DNA from: Callorhinchus milii
Lineage: Eukaryota
Reading direction: 5' to 3'
Length of the DNA stretch: 64,000 nucleotides
Assembly: GCF_018977255.1 (NCBI RefSeq)
Contig: NW_024704742.1
Location: 89,902,001-89,966,000, forward strand
Within the stretch, counting starts at the first letter, position 1; each line of letters opens with the position of its first letter. The notes under the pieces were generated by a model. The model was not told the origin of the DNA. It did not search any database and worked only from the letters and a program-made list of their open reading frames with translations. Below are positions 1 through 12,575 of the stretch, one piece after another. The position numbers were made by a program, and so were the translations under genes.

Positions 1-379
1 AAGCAGCCTCTGAGCTGTTGGATGCTGAAGATCACATTATAATGAGGTTCCCCTGTACTTTCAACAAATTGTGGATAATAATTTACAGCTGCTTTGCACG
101 ATATCTGATTGCATGAAAGGTCTAGAAAGAGATTCCCCACATTCCTCAAAATTATAACTGGGCAAGAGGGTAAAAAGACACACATTTCATTCTCCATAGA
201 ACAACTATTATTGTATATACTATGGAGAGACTGGAACTCATTTCAACATTTTTATTCAAGTTTTTTGTCTTAAATAAAATGTCTAACTCCCTTTCAAGTA
301 ATCATTCTAATATGTCACCAACAGACATTTGCTTTAGAATAGATTGAAATTATTTTTCTTTCTAAGCTTACAGCAATTT

Positions 380-865
380 GTAACATTCTTGCCTCTGTGT
401 ATGACTGTTTAAGACCTACATCAGGATTGGAGCTCATAGTCTAAGATGACACTCCAGAGCAGTATTGGGGGAGCACTGCATTGTCAGAGGTGCCATCCTT
501 CAAATGAGACTTTAAACCAAAGTCTCATCTACCTTTTCCTCAGCTGGATTTTAAAGATCCCATGACACAATTTGAAACAAGGAATTTCTCTCAGTTTCTC
601 TCAGCATCTTAGCCAACAACTGTTTAGGTAATAGACAAAGTACTGCAGATGCTGAAAATCTGGTATAAACACAGAAGTCCCAGTGACTTCTGTGCTTATA
701 ACCTTCTAGATAACTTCATCATCTACCTCTTGGCTGTTTGTGAGACCTTGCTGCGTGCAAAATGACTGCTGTGTTTGTGTACAAAAGCAGTCCCCACAGT
801 TGACGGTGATTAATGTAAAGCACTTTGAGATATTTTGATGTGATAAAACGTTATATAAAATATAG
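380..865 (+). mobile_element. Older Deu-domain SINE with an internal insertion (~625-710)
   Basis: CATTGTCAGAGGTGCCATCCTTCAAATGAGAC...TTAAAGATCCCATGACAC core and tail. Other degraded copies at ~1640-1930, 15795-16120, 36786-37030 and 40776-41220 (+), and ~14690-14810, 40145-40370, 45215-45590 and 51625-51930 (-). Confidence 0.72.
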
Positions 866-1278
866 TTATAGCTTTACAAAAGATTCAGTATATTTCCACA
901 CTGTCAGGTTTGAGCTTACAATTAATATTCAAAGTTTGCTCCAACATTTGACTGGCAGAATTGTTGTGACCTTAAAAACATATTGCATAAATGGCCTAGA
1001 AAATGTTATGTATTTCATGTTCAAACAACCTTCTACATAGTGCTTTAGTATTTCAGCACTGCAACAATCAGCATTGTCCAACTGAATTTTACCACAAGGT
1101 GGCACTATTTGCCTTAAAATGGAATCAAACAATGTGATGTAGAGTTTACCTTTATATCCATCAGTTTATTTCTCGTGAGTATAAATTCTGCATTTTTGGA
1201 ATAAAACCACACTCATTTGTATTTTTTCATCACTGTTAACCANTTTTTTTTGCAAAAGTTTTTACTGGAAGAGACCCA

Positions 1279-1498
1279 GCGGCCTGAAATTCCACCTGGT
1301 CTTAGCCTGTATCTTACAACGTAAGATCGCTCATAACTGTGGAAATTTTTTAAATTGGAGGTTTGGATTCCCGCAACTCTTAACTAGAACCAGCTTTCGA
1401 ATTAAGAATATTTTAAGAATTTTCCACAATTACGCACGATCGTTAATTTTAAGACAAAATAGTTTTACAGGTTAAGACTGAGTGCAACTCTGGGCCCC
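1279..1498. mobile_element. Palindromic MITE-like element, related termini
   Basis: GGCCTGAAATTCCACCTGGTCTTAGCCTGTA ... TACAGGTTAAGACTGAGTGCAACTCTGGGCCCC, with internal inverted TGTGGAAATT / AATTTTCCACA. Partial relatives at ~25505-25675 and 47805-47905. Confidence 0.65.
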
Positions 1499-4400
1499 AG
1501 ACCAGTGACATTATAGGAGGAAGAACATAGGAGGAAGAAACATCCCTTTCTGATAGCTAAAGTAGCTATCTTCTTTTTTTAAACAAGCAACAAAATGTTT
1601 TCAATGTAATATTTTGCAAGAATACATACTACATACTCCAGGTTGAGATGTTAAACTGAGGTCCCCTCAGCCTGTTTAGGTGGACATTAAAGATCCCATG
1701 GCACTACATGAAAAGTGAAGGGAGTTTCTCCGGGGTTCCTATCAACAATTCCCAGATAAAATTGCTCATTCACCTCATGGCTGTTTGTGGGACTTTTGCT
1801 GTGGCAAATTTGTTATTACATTTGCCTTTAAATACACAGTCACTACACTGTACAATAAAACCCATGAAGTGCTTTGAGGCATTTCAATGATGTGTTAAAG
1901 CACTGTATCAGATACAAGAATTATTATTATTACATCAGTAAATTGTGCATTCTCAGATGAAGAAAACCTATAAACCAGGTTAGAGGAATGATCTGGGCTT
2001 TTTTTTATCAGGAGAGAGGTAGTAGATACCATCGTCTTTCTGCTGGTGCCTCATTAATCTGGGAGATCCATCTAAAGTAACTTTATTTCAGACAATAATA
2101 TGGTGGTGATAAATTAAAATACTTTTAAACACTTGCTAACCAAATTCTTTAGAACTAATATGGCCCCAACTACAAGATGTTCCTTTTAATAAACCTTTTA
2201 GTGAGAACAAAATTACATTTATAAAGCGTCTTTCACATCAGAAGGGCGTCCCAAGGATCTTAGGGTTAAGGGTTTGCACCCGAGCTGGGGGTTGGAATCA
2301 AGAAGGGTGGAAGTTAGGGGGGTGGGAGGGTGGCTAAAAGCATGGTCAAAGAGGAGAGTCTTGAAACAGGCCTTGAAAGAGGCAAGGGAGGGGACGAGGC
2401 TCCTTGAATATTATTTTTAAAGTTTCTTTAAATTCAGACTTATGCACTATGAAACGGTATTGTTTGTAACTTCTTTACATCAGCTGAGAGTGAAGCTCAG
2501 AACGCTCTAAACCTTGTAAGATTGCCAGCCAGTCCCTGTGGACAGGACCCCACATTGAGCACCTTCAGCTGTTTAGAGCAAACGAGTTATCATAACACAT
2601 GTGGCAGCGGGAGATGACAGGCCTGAGAGTATCCAAATAAACAGCCAAATACCAATGTAAATTTACAAAGCAAGGCATCCTTCTCACAATCATCCATTCT
2701 TCACCACGGATACTTTAGCACCCACTGGGGTGTAGAGCATGTAGAGAAAACAGTAGCAGTAGAAAGTATGGCCATTCAAATTATTGTTTGTTTGATGCAA
2801 CTCTTACCATTTCTAAGGGTTTGTAGGGCTGTTGAGACACTTTCTAACAAGATTACTACACAGAAACGTGATTTCAGAAGGCACTATAATCCCACCCCAT
2901 CTGTCATTAGGCAAGTCGTATGTTTTACATTTCAGACCTGATATGAGATATGATATGAACTTGCAGAAATGTTTGCCAGTGTGTAATTGTGTGTCATGTG
3001 GAATATAATAACTGTTATGTTACAACCATTCTAGCTGGTGTCTGTTCTGTTTACCTGGTATGTTATGCCACAAAATACACTTTACAGTATATCCTGTGAT
3101 GTGCTTTGAGATATATCAAGGACATGATAAGGTGCTATATGAAATGCAAGGATTATTATCATTATTATATACTGGGTATGTTACCTGACCAGCTGGTGTA
3201 GTTAAAGGACATTTGTTTTCCAACATGATGAGATCAGGATCTCACGCTGTTTGTAGCTCTTCATTTGATTCAATCAGTTGGGATGTACAAAAGCGATCCA
3301 TTGTATTCAACTGATGATAATTTAAAAGAAAATATGCTTCAAAAGAAAACCCCACAAGCTGTTTACCTTTACTGTGATGATCATGGTTAACAGACATGTT
3401 AACTGTTTTAACTATGTTCTCTCTGAGATAGATATTTTTAGTGATGAACTCCTGGAGACCTTTCCCTGACCTAACAAACGGGGGCAGATTATGACCTGAT
3501 GGTGATATAATATAGGTAAGTCCGAGAGGCACAGACTGAACAAATTCTCTTTATCATGCGGAAACATACAATACCTATTGTACTTCTTTTTTTGCAGGAT
3601 ATCTATCTATTTCCCAAAGTATAACGATAACCTGTGTGATAAAATGTGATAGATTGTGTCTTGCAACTCATGGGGCAATAAAAGATGGAGCCAAAGCCTT
3701 TTGTGTGCTTGTTAAAAAGGCCAGGGTAACAAAAGCCAATGTTTCTCAGTGTGCAACGCAGAGGCCTTTGTGTGCAGTTGACTGCGAGTGAAATGAAATC
3801 CCACAGACTGTAGCCTTTTACACTTTGTTCTGTTGATTGTGAAACATGTTTTAATGTTTTTGGAATGTTCTGGTGGAAAAAAAAGTAGCTAGTTTTATCT
3901 AGCAGAGTCTAACGTTACACCTGTGACATTCACAGAAAGGTCTAAAAGCTTTTTTTCCCCCAATGACAATAACCTCATTTCAGACACCAACTATTGAAAA
4001 ATAATCCCCATTTATCTACTGAGCAACATAGGTTTTAATGACTGAATACACTAGTGAAAGCTTGTTTCCTTATTGGTCTTGTTTATTGTATATTTAGTCT
4101 TGGTTTGTAATTCCCTCCACCCCCATCTCTTTTCAGAATTGACCATCGCTGCATTTCCAACCAAATTTATTTCTGCAATGTCTTACGTATGTCTTTTCCT
4201 GTTCAGTTTAAACATTCTTCCTGGTTCTACCACGGGGATAGTATTTCCGAAGTGACTGATCTGCTCACATCCCCTGGACCAGAATGCAGAAAATTCAAAT
4301 GAAGCTGCCTTCCCTGAAAAAAGGTTTGGTGGCAGCTGAACAATAAGGGAATTTTCACTTTGGTATAAGAACAAGGTGTTTTGCCCTAGTGCAAAGCTAC

Positions 4401-5345
4401 TTTGATCACATTTAGGTTGTAAACAGTACTTGGAAATGCAAACTCTCCTTTTCCTCTTTCATCTTTTTCCTGTTGCTAAGCTGTTGACTGGCTTACATCT
4501 TACGTCTTTCTCTCTTAAATGAAGAGGCAGCTAACAAATGCTTTACAAGGGCAGCTGAAACTCCCTCTTCCCCTTCACTATGATGATATTGCATTTTCAT
4601 TCTTTATTTTAAAGATCCCCCCTTAATAAAGGATTGGGAACTTCTTTACTGTCCTGGAGTTTTTTGAGGATCTCAAGTATATAAAGATCCATTAAGCCTT
4701 TCCAAAAGATAATTTGCAATTCCCTTCATACCTGAAAGAGCATTTTTCCATTTCCCTTTGCTGCACAGAAGCCGCTGATGTGTGACAAATTTAAATGATC
4801 CTTTACATTTACAAGCATGTGGGTTTCCATGCTGAAAGTACTCACTGCACTGGGAAGATGATGGCTCATGAATTGCATTGAAACTTTTCGCAGTGGACAA
4901 AAGTGAATACTATTTATTAATGGGATAATGTACATATAATACATTTATGCAGTTTCAGGAAGAAAGTTCATGTCTTATCTGCTCTGCTTCTCCAGCTTCA
5001 TTCACAGTAGTAAAGACTGATTTAGAATTGTTTTTGAACCTGCTTTGCAGAAAAGCCCGTAAGTGAAACACACCTTTTACCTCTCTATTTCCTTGAATGA
5101 ATAAATAAGAATCATACTGTGCATTTCAAACAAACTATTTATAGTATAATTGCTGACCAACCCACTCGATGTGCCCATGAGGGCTTCCATTATGAGTGTG
5201 TAATTGCTGAACCTGTGTTCCAGATGGTTCTGCACTTAGGAGTACTTCAGCACTTCGGCAGGTTTCAGCCCAGCAATTTGCCTTTTTATAAGTTCCATGC
5301 CGTAGAGCCTGTTGCAACCACTTGTTTATCAGAATAGAAGACGGT

Positions 5346-5630
5346 TTTTGGTCAGCCAGGGGTCCGGCACATGTGGAAACCCAACACCTTGGTTAAGAGT
5401 ATCCAAGCCAAGCTGAGATTTCCATTCATCCCACCTACACATGGAAATTCCAGCGATAGTTTGTTGGAATGGAATGCGCACTCTCCCCCGGAGGGATTCA
5501 CCAAGTTACATAATTCTGGAAAGTATTAGGTGCAGTTTGGCAAGAGGCAAGGCTTGGGGACCCCAGAGTGTGCATTGGGTTACTACTGGAGTCTAACCAG
5601 TTAAAACCACACAGCTTGCCATCGATAACA
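5346..5630. repeat. Unclassified ~290-bp dispersed repeat, copy 1
   Basis: Colinear with 14375-14650 (same strand) and 30705-30949 (opposite strand). Confidence 0.85.
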
Positions 5631-5687
5631 CTGTCTGGCAAGCTTTCTCGCTGCTTGTCCAGCTAGGGCTCGGACCAACCTACCCTT

Positions 5688-6000
5688 GTGGAGTCCTGTA
5701 GCTCAGTGGTTAGAGCACTCGCTTTGCAAGTGAGAGACCTGAGTTCAATTCCAGGCAGGGCGAAACCTTGGGCAAGTTTCCTTACTCCACACGCCTAATA
5801 ATATTCCCTCCAAAACAAAAACAATAATGAATTCAATCCACGACTGTTTGTGGGACACTTCTGTGCGCAATTGGCTGCCATGTTTCGCCCACAAATATAC
5901 AGTCAATTCACTTTACAGCATATTCTGTGAAGCTCTTTGAGATGTCTAGAAGATGTGAAAAGCTCTATATCAAATGCAAGGATTATTATTATTACTACTA
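5688..6000 (+). mobile_element. Full-length tRNA-derived SINE, short subfamily
   Basis: A box TAGCTCAGTGG, B box GTTCAATTCC, then CCTTGGGCAAGT, Deu-like CTGTTTGTGGGAC...AATTGGCTGCC, L2-type tail and (TTA)n. Homologous to 12250-12575 and 20320-20638. Confidence 0.9.
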
Positions 6001-6540
6001 CCGGTTAGGACTTTGGCTTGGAGGGTTAACAGAAGCTGAGTATGAGGGTTCCCTGCTCCCAGTGACCGGTCTTCTTTACTCAGTCACAAGAAGAACAATA
6101 TCATTTATCTATATATTTATTTTGGTGACAGAAGAGAATGTAAGGTACAGTAGCTTGTGGGAACTGAAAGTCAACGGTGCTGAAATATTTTGTTTTGTTT
6201 TGAAAATTTGCATATTTAAAAATAAATTGCCAAAACATCTTTTTTCAAGCAATAAAAGGATAAATAACTGCAGGAGTAAAAAGCATGCAGTTTTTATAAA
6301 CTTTTGTGGTCCACTTTAGAATTAGTCTAACTCATAGCTGTGCCATGTGCAGTTTAGTGGTGATCTGAAAACCCACTTGTGCCATTGGCTACCTCCTGCC
6401 AATGCCCTCTTCCTATATTTCCCACCTCAATCATCTCTGTAATACACTTTTAGATAGTCTCCAATGTTAAAGCCAAGTTGTTGACAAGATTTCATCAGTG
6501 GAGCTTGTTTGACTCCAAATATTCTCCTGCTTTTTTGTTT

Positions 6541-6608
6541 CAGCGCCTTGGGACGTCCTCCTGACGTGAAAGGCGCTTTATAAATGGAATCTTGTTGTTG
6601 TTGTTGTT
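6541..6608 (+). mobile_element. Tail-only L2-type retroposon (~68 bp)
   Basis: CAGCGCCTTGGGACGTCCTCCTGACGTGAAAGGCGCTTTATAAATGGAATC(TTG)n. Confidence 0.8.
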
Positions 6609-7145
6609 ATGTTAATCAGCGCAGTGTTGTCAGTGGATCTTCCTAATGTAATGTATATATTATGCTGCAGATACACAGTCACTACACTTCACAGTAAAAT
6701 CCTGTGAAGTGCTTTGCCATGTCTTGATAATAATAATCCTTACATTTGATATAATGCCTTATCACATCATTGAGATGTCTTAAAATGCTTCCTAGGATAT
6801 ACTGCAAAGTATATGATGACATAAGATATATGATAAAATATGTAATGATGTGATAAGGCATGATAGGAAAACAAGGATTATTGCTATTATTTCATATATA
6901 AAAATCTACCAGCATTTTAGGTTTGCTTCTATTTGCAATAAACAAAAAGCTAGAACTTTATAGGGCAGGGCTCAGAGTTACGATAAGACTCATTTATTGG
7001 CTGGAGGCTGATACATTTGGCATTTGTTAATTCAAATGCTTTAGAATTTTTTTTCACAAAAAATTAATAAATGACATTGCCCATTGTTCATTATAACATG
7101 CCCTTAAATGTGTGTGAATTCAGCTTGGTAGTTGCAGCCACCTAT

Positions 7146-7511
7146 GTGGAGTCCTGTAGAATAGTGGTTAGAGCACTCGCCTCAAAAGCGAAAGGACCTG
7201 GGTTTGATTCCCAGGTGGGGTGAAACTTTAGGGAAGTCTCCTTATTCCATAAGCCTATTCACCGAGCAGTAAGTAGGAACTCGGTTGTTAGTCAATTGGC
7301 AGATAACTTTCCAGGGGTAATAGTCATTTAAAAGAAATTGTCATTCAATCCACAACTGTTTGTGGGACACTGCTGTGTGCAATTGGCTGCTGCATTTCAC
7401 CCACAAATTATACAGTTAATTCACTTTACAGTATATTCTGTAAAGAGCTTTGATAAGTCACAACAAAGTAATGAAGCATTATATCAAATGCAAGGACAGT
7501 TATTATATTAT
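7146..7511 (+). mobile_element. tRNA-derived SINE, long subfamily
   Basis: Same head and tail as the short subfamily plus an extra internal block (GCAGTAAGTAGGAACTCGGTTGTTAGTCAATTGGCAGAT). Confidence 0.85.
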
Positions 7512-7688
7512 AGGTGTATGTGTGCAGACACTGGGTGAGAACAGGGTCAGGTGCATGTGTGTGGACACTGGGTGACAACAATAACAACAACTTAGATTTA
7601 TATAGCGCCCTCCACGCCGGATGGCGTCTCAGCACATGAGACAACAAAGTCAGGTGTATGTGTGTGGACACAGGGTGAGAACAGGGTC
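7512..7688 (+). repeat. 37-bp tandem repeat x3, with the middle unit interrupted by an L2-tail insertion
   Basis: Unit AGGTGTATGTGTG(CA/TG)GACACTGGGTGAGAACAGGGTC. Confidence 0.8.
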
Positions 7689-10600
7689 AGACTCTGGTTC
7701 CCTCCATGAGAGAGTACCTTGCTGACACTCACACACAAATAGTGGTCTTCTTGGTGAGGTACTGGAGAACACCTGGAGACTATGAAACCATCACTGATTG
7801 GGTTCAATTATTGAGTGAACTGCTACATTAATTCAATGAGTGGTGGAGACGGTGGACGGTTTAAAATAATTGAATCGAGAGTGAATCGACCTGTTTTTTA
7901 AAAAAATAAACAGGACATTGGTTGATTGTTGCAACGATTCACATTCCTGCCTGACTTCAATAAATTGTTTATTTGCTTCACTTAAATAATTAACGACTGA
8001 TTGAACTCAATAACATCCAATAATGTGAGTAGCAGCCACACTTGTTGATCTGTGCTGCTATAAACTTGTACCACCTCCCATCTTCCTTGCTTGTCCCACT
8101 TTCCCATATTCTTGCTTTTCAGGTGAGTTTTTTTCTTTCTGACTCGGCATTATCCTTCAGATCAGTTGATGCATTCCTCTTGTTCCAGTGTTAGGGTGAA
8201 TTGAGCAAGGTTGTGTGTGTACATGAAAAATATATTAGGCTTAGTTCACAAGAGAAATTCAGACCTGGCATGTTCTATACTTGCTTGAGGTGGGTACTGA
8301 GGGTCTGTCAGTTGTGTGAGGAAATCTAACCTGTTTTGACTGCTCTTAGGAGAGTGGGATCTTGAATATGGTGGTTCTGAGACAAGTTTGCACCATCATT
8401 TTTCTATTTGGAAAGCAGTTGTGACACCGGAATATATTGTACCCTGATTGATTGCTGTAAGAGGTTTGAGTGCTGGTTTGGAGTCCCAGCGAGCCTTATC
8501 CACTATATGAGACTGGTTACATTGAGTGGGTGTGAATTGATTTAGCTGCCTCTTGGCTGCAGTTGTTTGCTGGAGTCTTTGTATCTGTATAACTGAGTAA
8601 AATATATTCAGATGTTAAAAATAAGCTCTGGGACCTGTGAATTTTGTTTTAAAAGACCTAGTGGTGAAGATGGAAATAAATTTTAAGTCACCTTGAGGGG
8701 TAGGATGGTAAACATGGTAACTGTTTCATCAGGAGCAAGCTCTCCATCATTAGTAAACCTCCTATTGTTCTTTGACAATACCCTGGGGGCAGAAGACTTT
8801 CCCACCACAACCTGCCTGCTATATGCACTAATCCTGTCTGTGTCATGTTAATACTTCTATACTTGATGTCCCTCATAAATACTTGCCTGGGGAAAGGGTG
8901 GCTTCCTTGTGAACCTATTCTTGGGCACAAATGTCCTGCACTTTCTCTCACCTGATGCTTCAGTATTTTATAAACTAGTAACTCCCTGTGTAAAATGACA
9001 CTTTAAAGCTCATAATGGTCTGATGCCTTATACCAGCAGAAGATTAATTTCTTCAAACAGAGGGTGACAAGAATGTGGAACTCGCTGTGGTTGAAGCAAA
9101 TAGCATAATTGTATTTGAGAGAACACAATGCGTGTAGAAGGGAGAAGAGGATGGAAGGGGATAGTAGCTCTCGTGGAGTATAAACTAGTTGAGCTCACTC
9201 GTTTGTTTCTATGTCGTGTTGCTCTATATAATAATCCAAATATTGGGTTGCCTATATGCAAGTGATGCAAAGTCTTTCTGTGGTTGTGCAAAGCCATTGT
9301 ATATGCTTGTTTTTTATCTTGTCAATTTATTCAACTAAGTATATCCCTACCTACATCATATGTGAAATACACTATATAAGGGTGTTTTTATTGTATGTTG
9401 TCCTATTTTTCATTGCAGTTTAACATGTTAATGTAAAATCTTCATATAGTTTTATAATCTCAAATCCATCTTTTACAAAAGGTGGCTATATCCTACTGGG
9501 TGCATATGTTCCATTGAAAACTTGCAGTTTGTGAAAATCCATTTAGAAGATCTGATCTGAGCCCTGGATTTTACTGTCATTGTATGTGTTCGTGAAATGA
9601 CCTGTTGCAGGGTTCAACTATGGGGAAATGTGATTTTTAGTGAGCAAGACAGGAAGAGGAGACGTGCTCCTATTTTAGCCTGGATTTACATGATGTAGAC
9701 TGCATGAGATTGTGATTTTGCAATTAAATGTTTCTCATTGAGAGGCGGAGTCTCTTAGATTGATTTAGCACAGCAATGTCCCACAAACAGCTACAGGGAA
9801 AATTAATGATTTTACTTTGGGGATTGTTGCCCGGGTCACCAGGAGAAACTCGCTTCTCTTTTCGAATTGTACCTTAGCATCTTTAATGTTAATATCAGCC
9901 TAACTGAGTTCAAAGTCACGACATGGGATTTGAACCCATACCTTCTGACTTGGAGGCAAGAATGCCACCAAATAGTCACAGATTGATTTACACAACACGT
10001 GGGAGTAATCGGATCCACTATTGAGTTATTTTGTTATGGATACGGGTGCAAAACAAACAGTAAAACTTTTAGCTGTCACATTTTGCAACTCTTCCTACAG
10101 CCAGAGTGGCTCTGAAATAATTCTGCTTGGTTCAGCAAAGATCTAATGCTGGCTAAAGGGAGGATTAATTAAATGTTTGCGGTGCAGTTTGGCAGCCTGA
10201 CCTTGGTTTGCTGAGTGCCATAGGGCTTCACTTATTCCTTTCGTATTTAAACCAAATGATAAATAACTAAACGATGTTGACATGGGCAGTTAAACTGAGC
10301 ACATTATTCACCCATATTGCTTTTCGTGGTGTAGACTGCTTGGAACACGACCGATTTGGGGACAGTTCCAAAGTGAAATTATCATTGAGAGCAATCCAGC
10401 AGAACTATGAGGAAGAATCCATATTCATGACAGTGGATCTTGCATCCATCACACATGTCAAAGTGTGACTCCCTGCATTGCTGCTTTACTAGTGAGTGTT
10501 GGCAGTATTGGAATATGAAACAATTTTTTCCATTTGTTCCAACTGTTTCCAAGTAGTCCCAGTCCTAGGTGAGGTAATGAAACGATTGGCAGAAAAGCCA

Positions 10601-11232
10601 GGATTTTAAAATAACATTGTGTGAATTAGTTTTTAATAATGCAAGCTGTAAAAGATGCTGCCCGTAAGGGCTTCATTTATCCTTGTGCAGCTATTGGTAC
10701 TGTTTGGTCACATTTAGTTGTTTGAGCATCAACACTGAGTGTGGAATACCTACTTGCAAGTCTTGATTGAGCATTGTATTATAGCTCTTTGTGAGTTGGG
10801 ATTGTTCAGGGTGACAGAGTTCTCATGGGGAGGGGGTGGGAGGAAGCAGTGAAGGAAATGAATGAACTTTCTCCCAAGCAATTGGAAATTATTTTTTCCC
10901 CACTTCTGTTGGTTGTATCAGCTTTGCCAAATTGGGACAGATGTGGGAGCTTAAATGCATGTGACTCTTCACTAGGAGATCTTAGGTTAAATGCTGGGTA
11001 AGCGACAATGCAGTATTTCCCCCAAAATTGCATTGGAGTGGTCCCAACAAGATTTAAGCTATAACCTGCTGATTCCAAGGTGAGCGTGTTACTAACTGAG
11101 CCACTTCGCAGTCAGAATCTATCAAACTTTTCAGAAAGATAATGAACTTTTAATCTAAAATGGCAAGAGATGGTGGGGGGAAATTTTGAGGTAAAACCAA
11201 AGTGATCCTTGTTAATTGGAAAAAGGAGCCCT

Positions 11233-12170
11233 CATAGAATTGTACAGCACAGAAGGAGGCCAATCGGCTCATTGTGTCTGCCGACTGTTTTAAAAGAGTT
11301 ATCCAAATCAATCCCATTGCCCCGCTCTCTCCCCATAGCTCTGTAAACTTGTCCTCCCCAAATAATTATCTACTTCCCTCTTAAAATTTGTTATCGAATC
11401 GGTTTCCACCACCCTTTCAGGCAAAGCATTCCAGATCCGAATAATTCACTGTGTGAAAATATTCTTCTCACCTCCCCCCTTTTAACAACTATTTTAAATC
11501 GGTGTCCTCGGGTTACCGACCCACTTGCTAGTGGAAATAATTTCTCCTTGTTCACCCGGTCGAGTCCCCTCATAATTTTCAAAACTTCTACTAAGTCTCC
11601 TCTTAACCTTCTCTGCTCGAAGGAGAATAATCCCAGTTTTTCCAGCCTCTCTTGATAACTGAAGTCCCTCATTCCTGGTAAATCTCCTTTGTACCCTCTC
11701 CAATGCCTTGACATCCTTCCTAAGTGTGGTGCCCAGAACTGGACACAGTCTCTAGCTGAGGCCTAACCAGTGTTTTATAAAGGTTCATCATAACTTCCTG
11801 ACTTTTGTATTCTATGCCCCTATTTATAAAGCCTAGTATCCCGTACTTTTTTTTAACAGCTTTATCTCCCTGTCCTGCCACCTTCAAAGATTTACTTATA
11901 TGAACCCCCAGGTCTCTCTGTTCCTTCAACCACTTTAAGATTATACAATCAGCTTATATTGCCTCTCTTCATTTTTCCTCAAAATGCATCACTTCTCATT
12001 TATCCACATTAAACTTCATCTGCCACGTGTCTTCTCCTTTCTACCAGTCTGTATGTCCTCTTGCAGTCTGCTACTATCCTCCTCACTGTTTACTACTTTT
12101 CCTAGCTTAGTGTCGTCTGCAAACTTGGAAATGATGTTCTCTATACCCAAGTCCAGGTAATTTATGTTTC
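11233..12170 (-). mobile_element. CR1-clade LINE, 5'-truncated (end of ORF2 plus 3'UTR)
   Basis: Frameshifted peptides KEQRDLGVHI...[31 protein letters not shown] and [27 protein letters not shown]...TRGHRFK are typical of the CR1 ORF2 C-terminus. Confidence 0.92.
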
Positions 12171-12249
12171 CAGGTCACTGAGGGAAACTGCAAAATTTAC
12201 TCTAGTAGATAAACCAGTAAATACTAAGATGTACATAATGGACCACTCT

Positions 12250-12575
12250 TATAATAATAATAATAATAATAATCCTTGCATTTGATATAGCGCTTTTCAC
12301 GTCAGGAGGACGTCCCAAAGCGCTTCACAGAACACACTGTAAAGTGAATTGACTGTATATTTGTGGGCGAACGCGGCAGCCAATTGCGCACAGCAATGTC
12401 CCACAAACAGTCGTAGATTGAAAATGACCAATTTAATTATTGTTTTTGGTTTTGGAGGGATTATTATTAGGCGTGTGGAGTAAGGAAACTTGCCCAAGGT
12501 TTCGCCCTGCCTGGAATTGAACTCAGGTCTCTCACTTGCAAAGCGAGTGCTCTAACCACTGAGCTACAGGACTCC
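12250..12575 (-). mobile_element. Full-length young tRNA-derived SINE, short subfamily
   Basis: Near-identical to 20320-20638, with intact Pol III boxes and an (TTA)n tail. Confidence 0.92.

Noticed and set aside
2955..3008. Cys-rich mini-ORF MNLQKCLPVCNCVSCGI* as SAXO exon 1
   Set aside because: Cys spacing differs from CxCxxCxCG and there is no GT donor after the Gly codon (TGTGG|AATA).
5690..5762. tRNA gene (TGC anticodon-like loop), also at ~12503-12575 and 20564-20636
   Set aside because: The acceptor stem does not close and the sequence runs straight into a SINE body and tail. These are SINE heads, not tRNA genes.
11391..11929. RT-related ORFs as host genes (also 38428-38917, 49706-50076, 50824-51114, 58852-59070)
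   Set aside because: Frameshifted, truncated CR1/L2 ORF2 debris.
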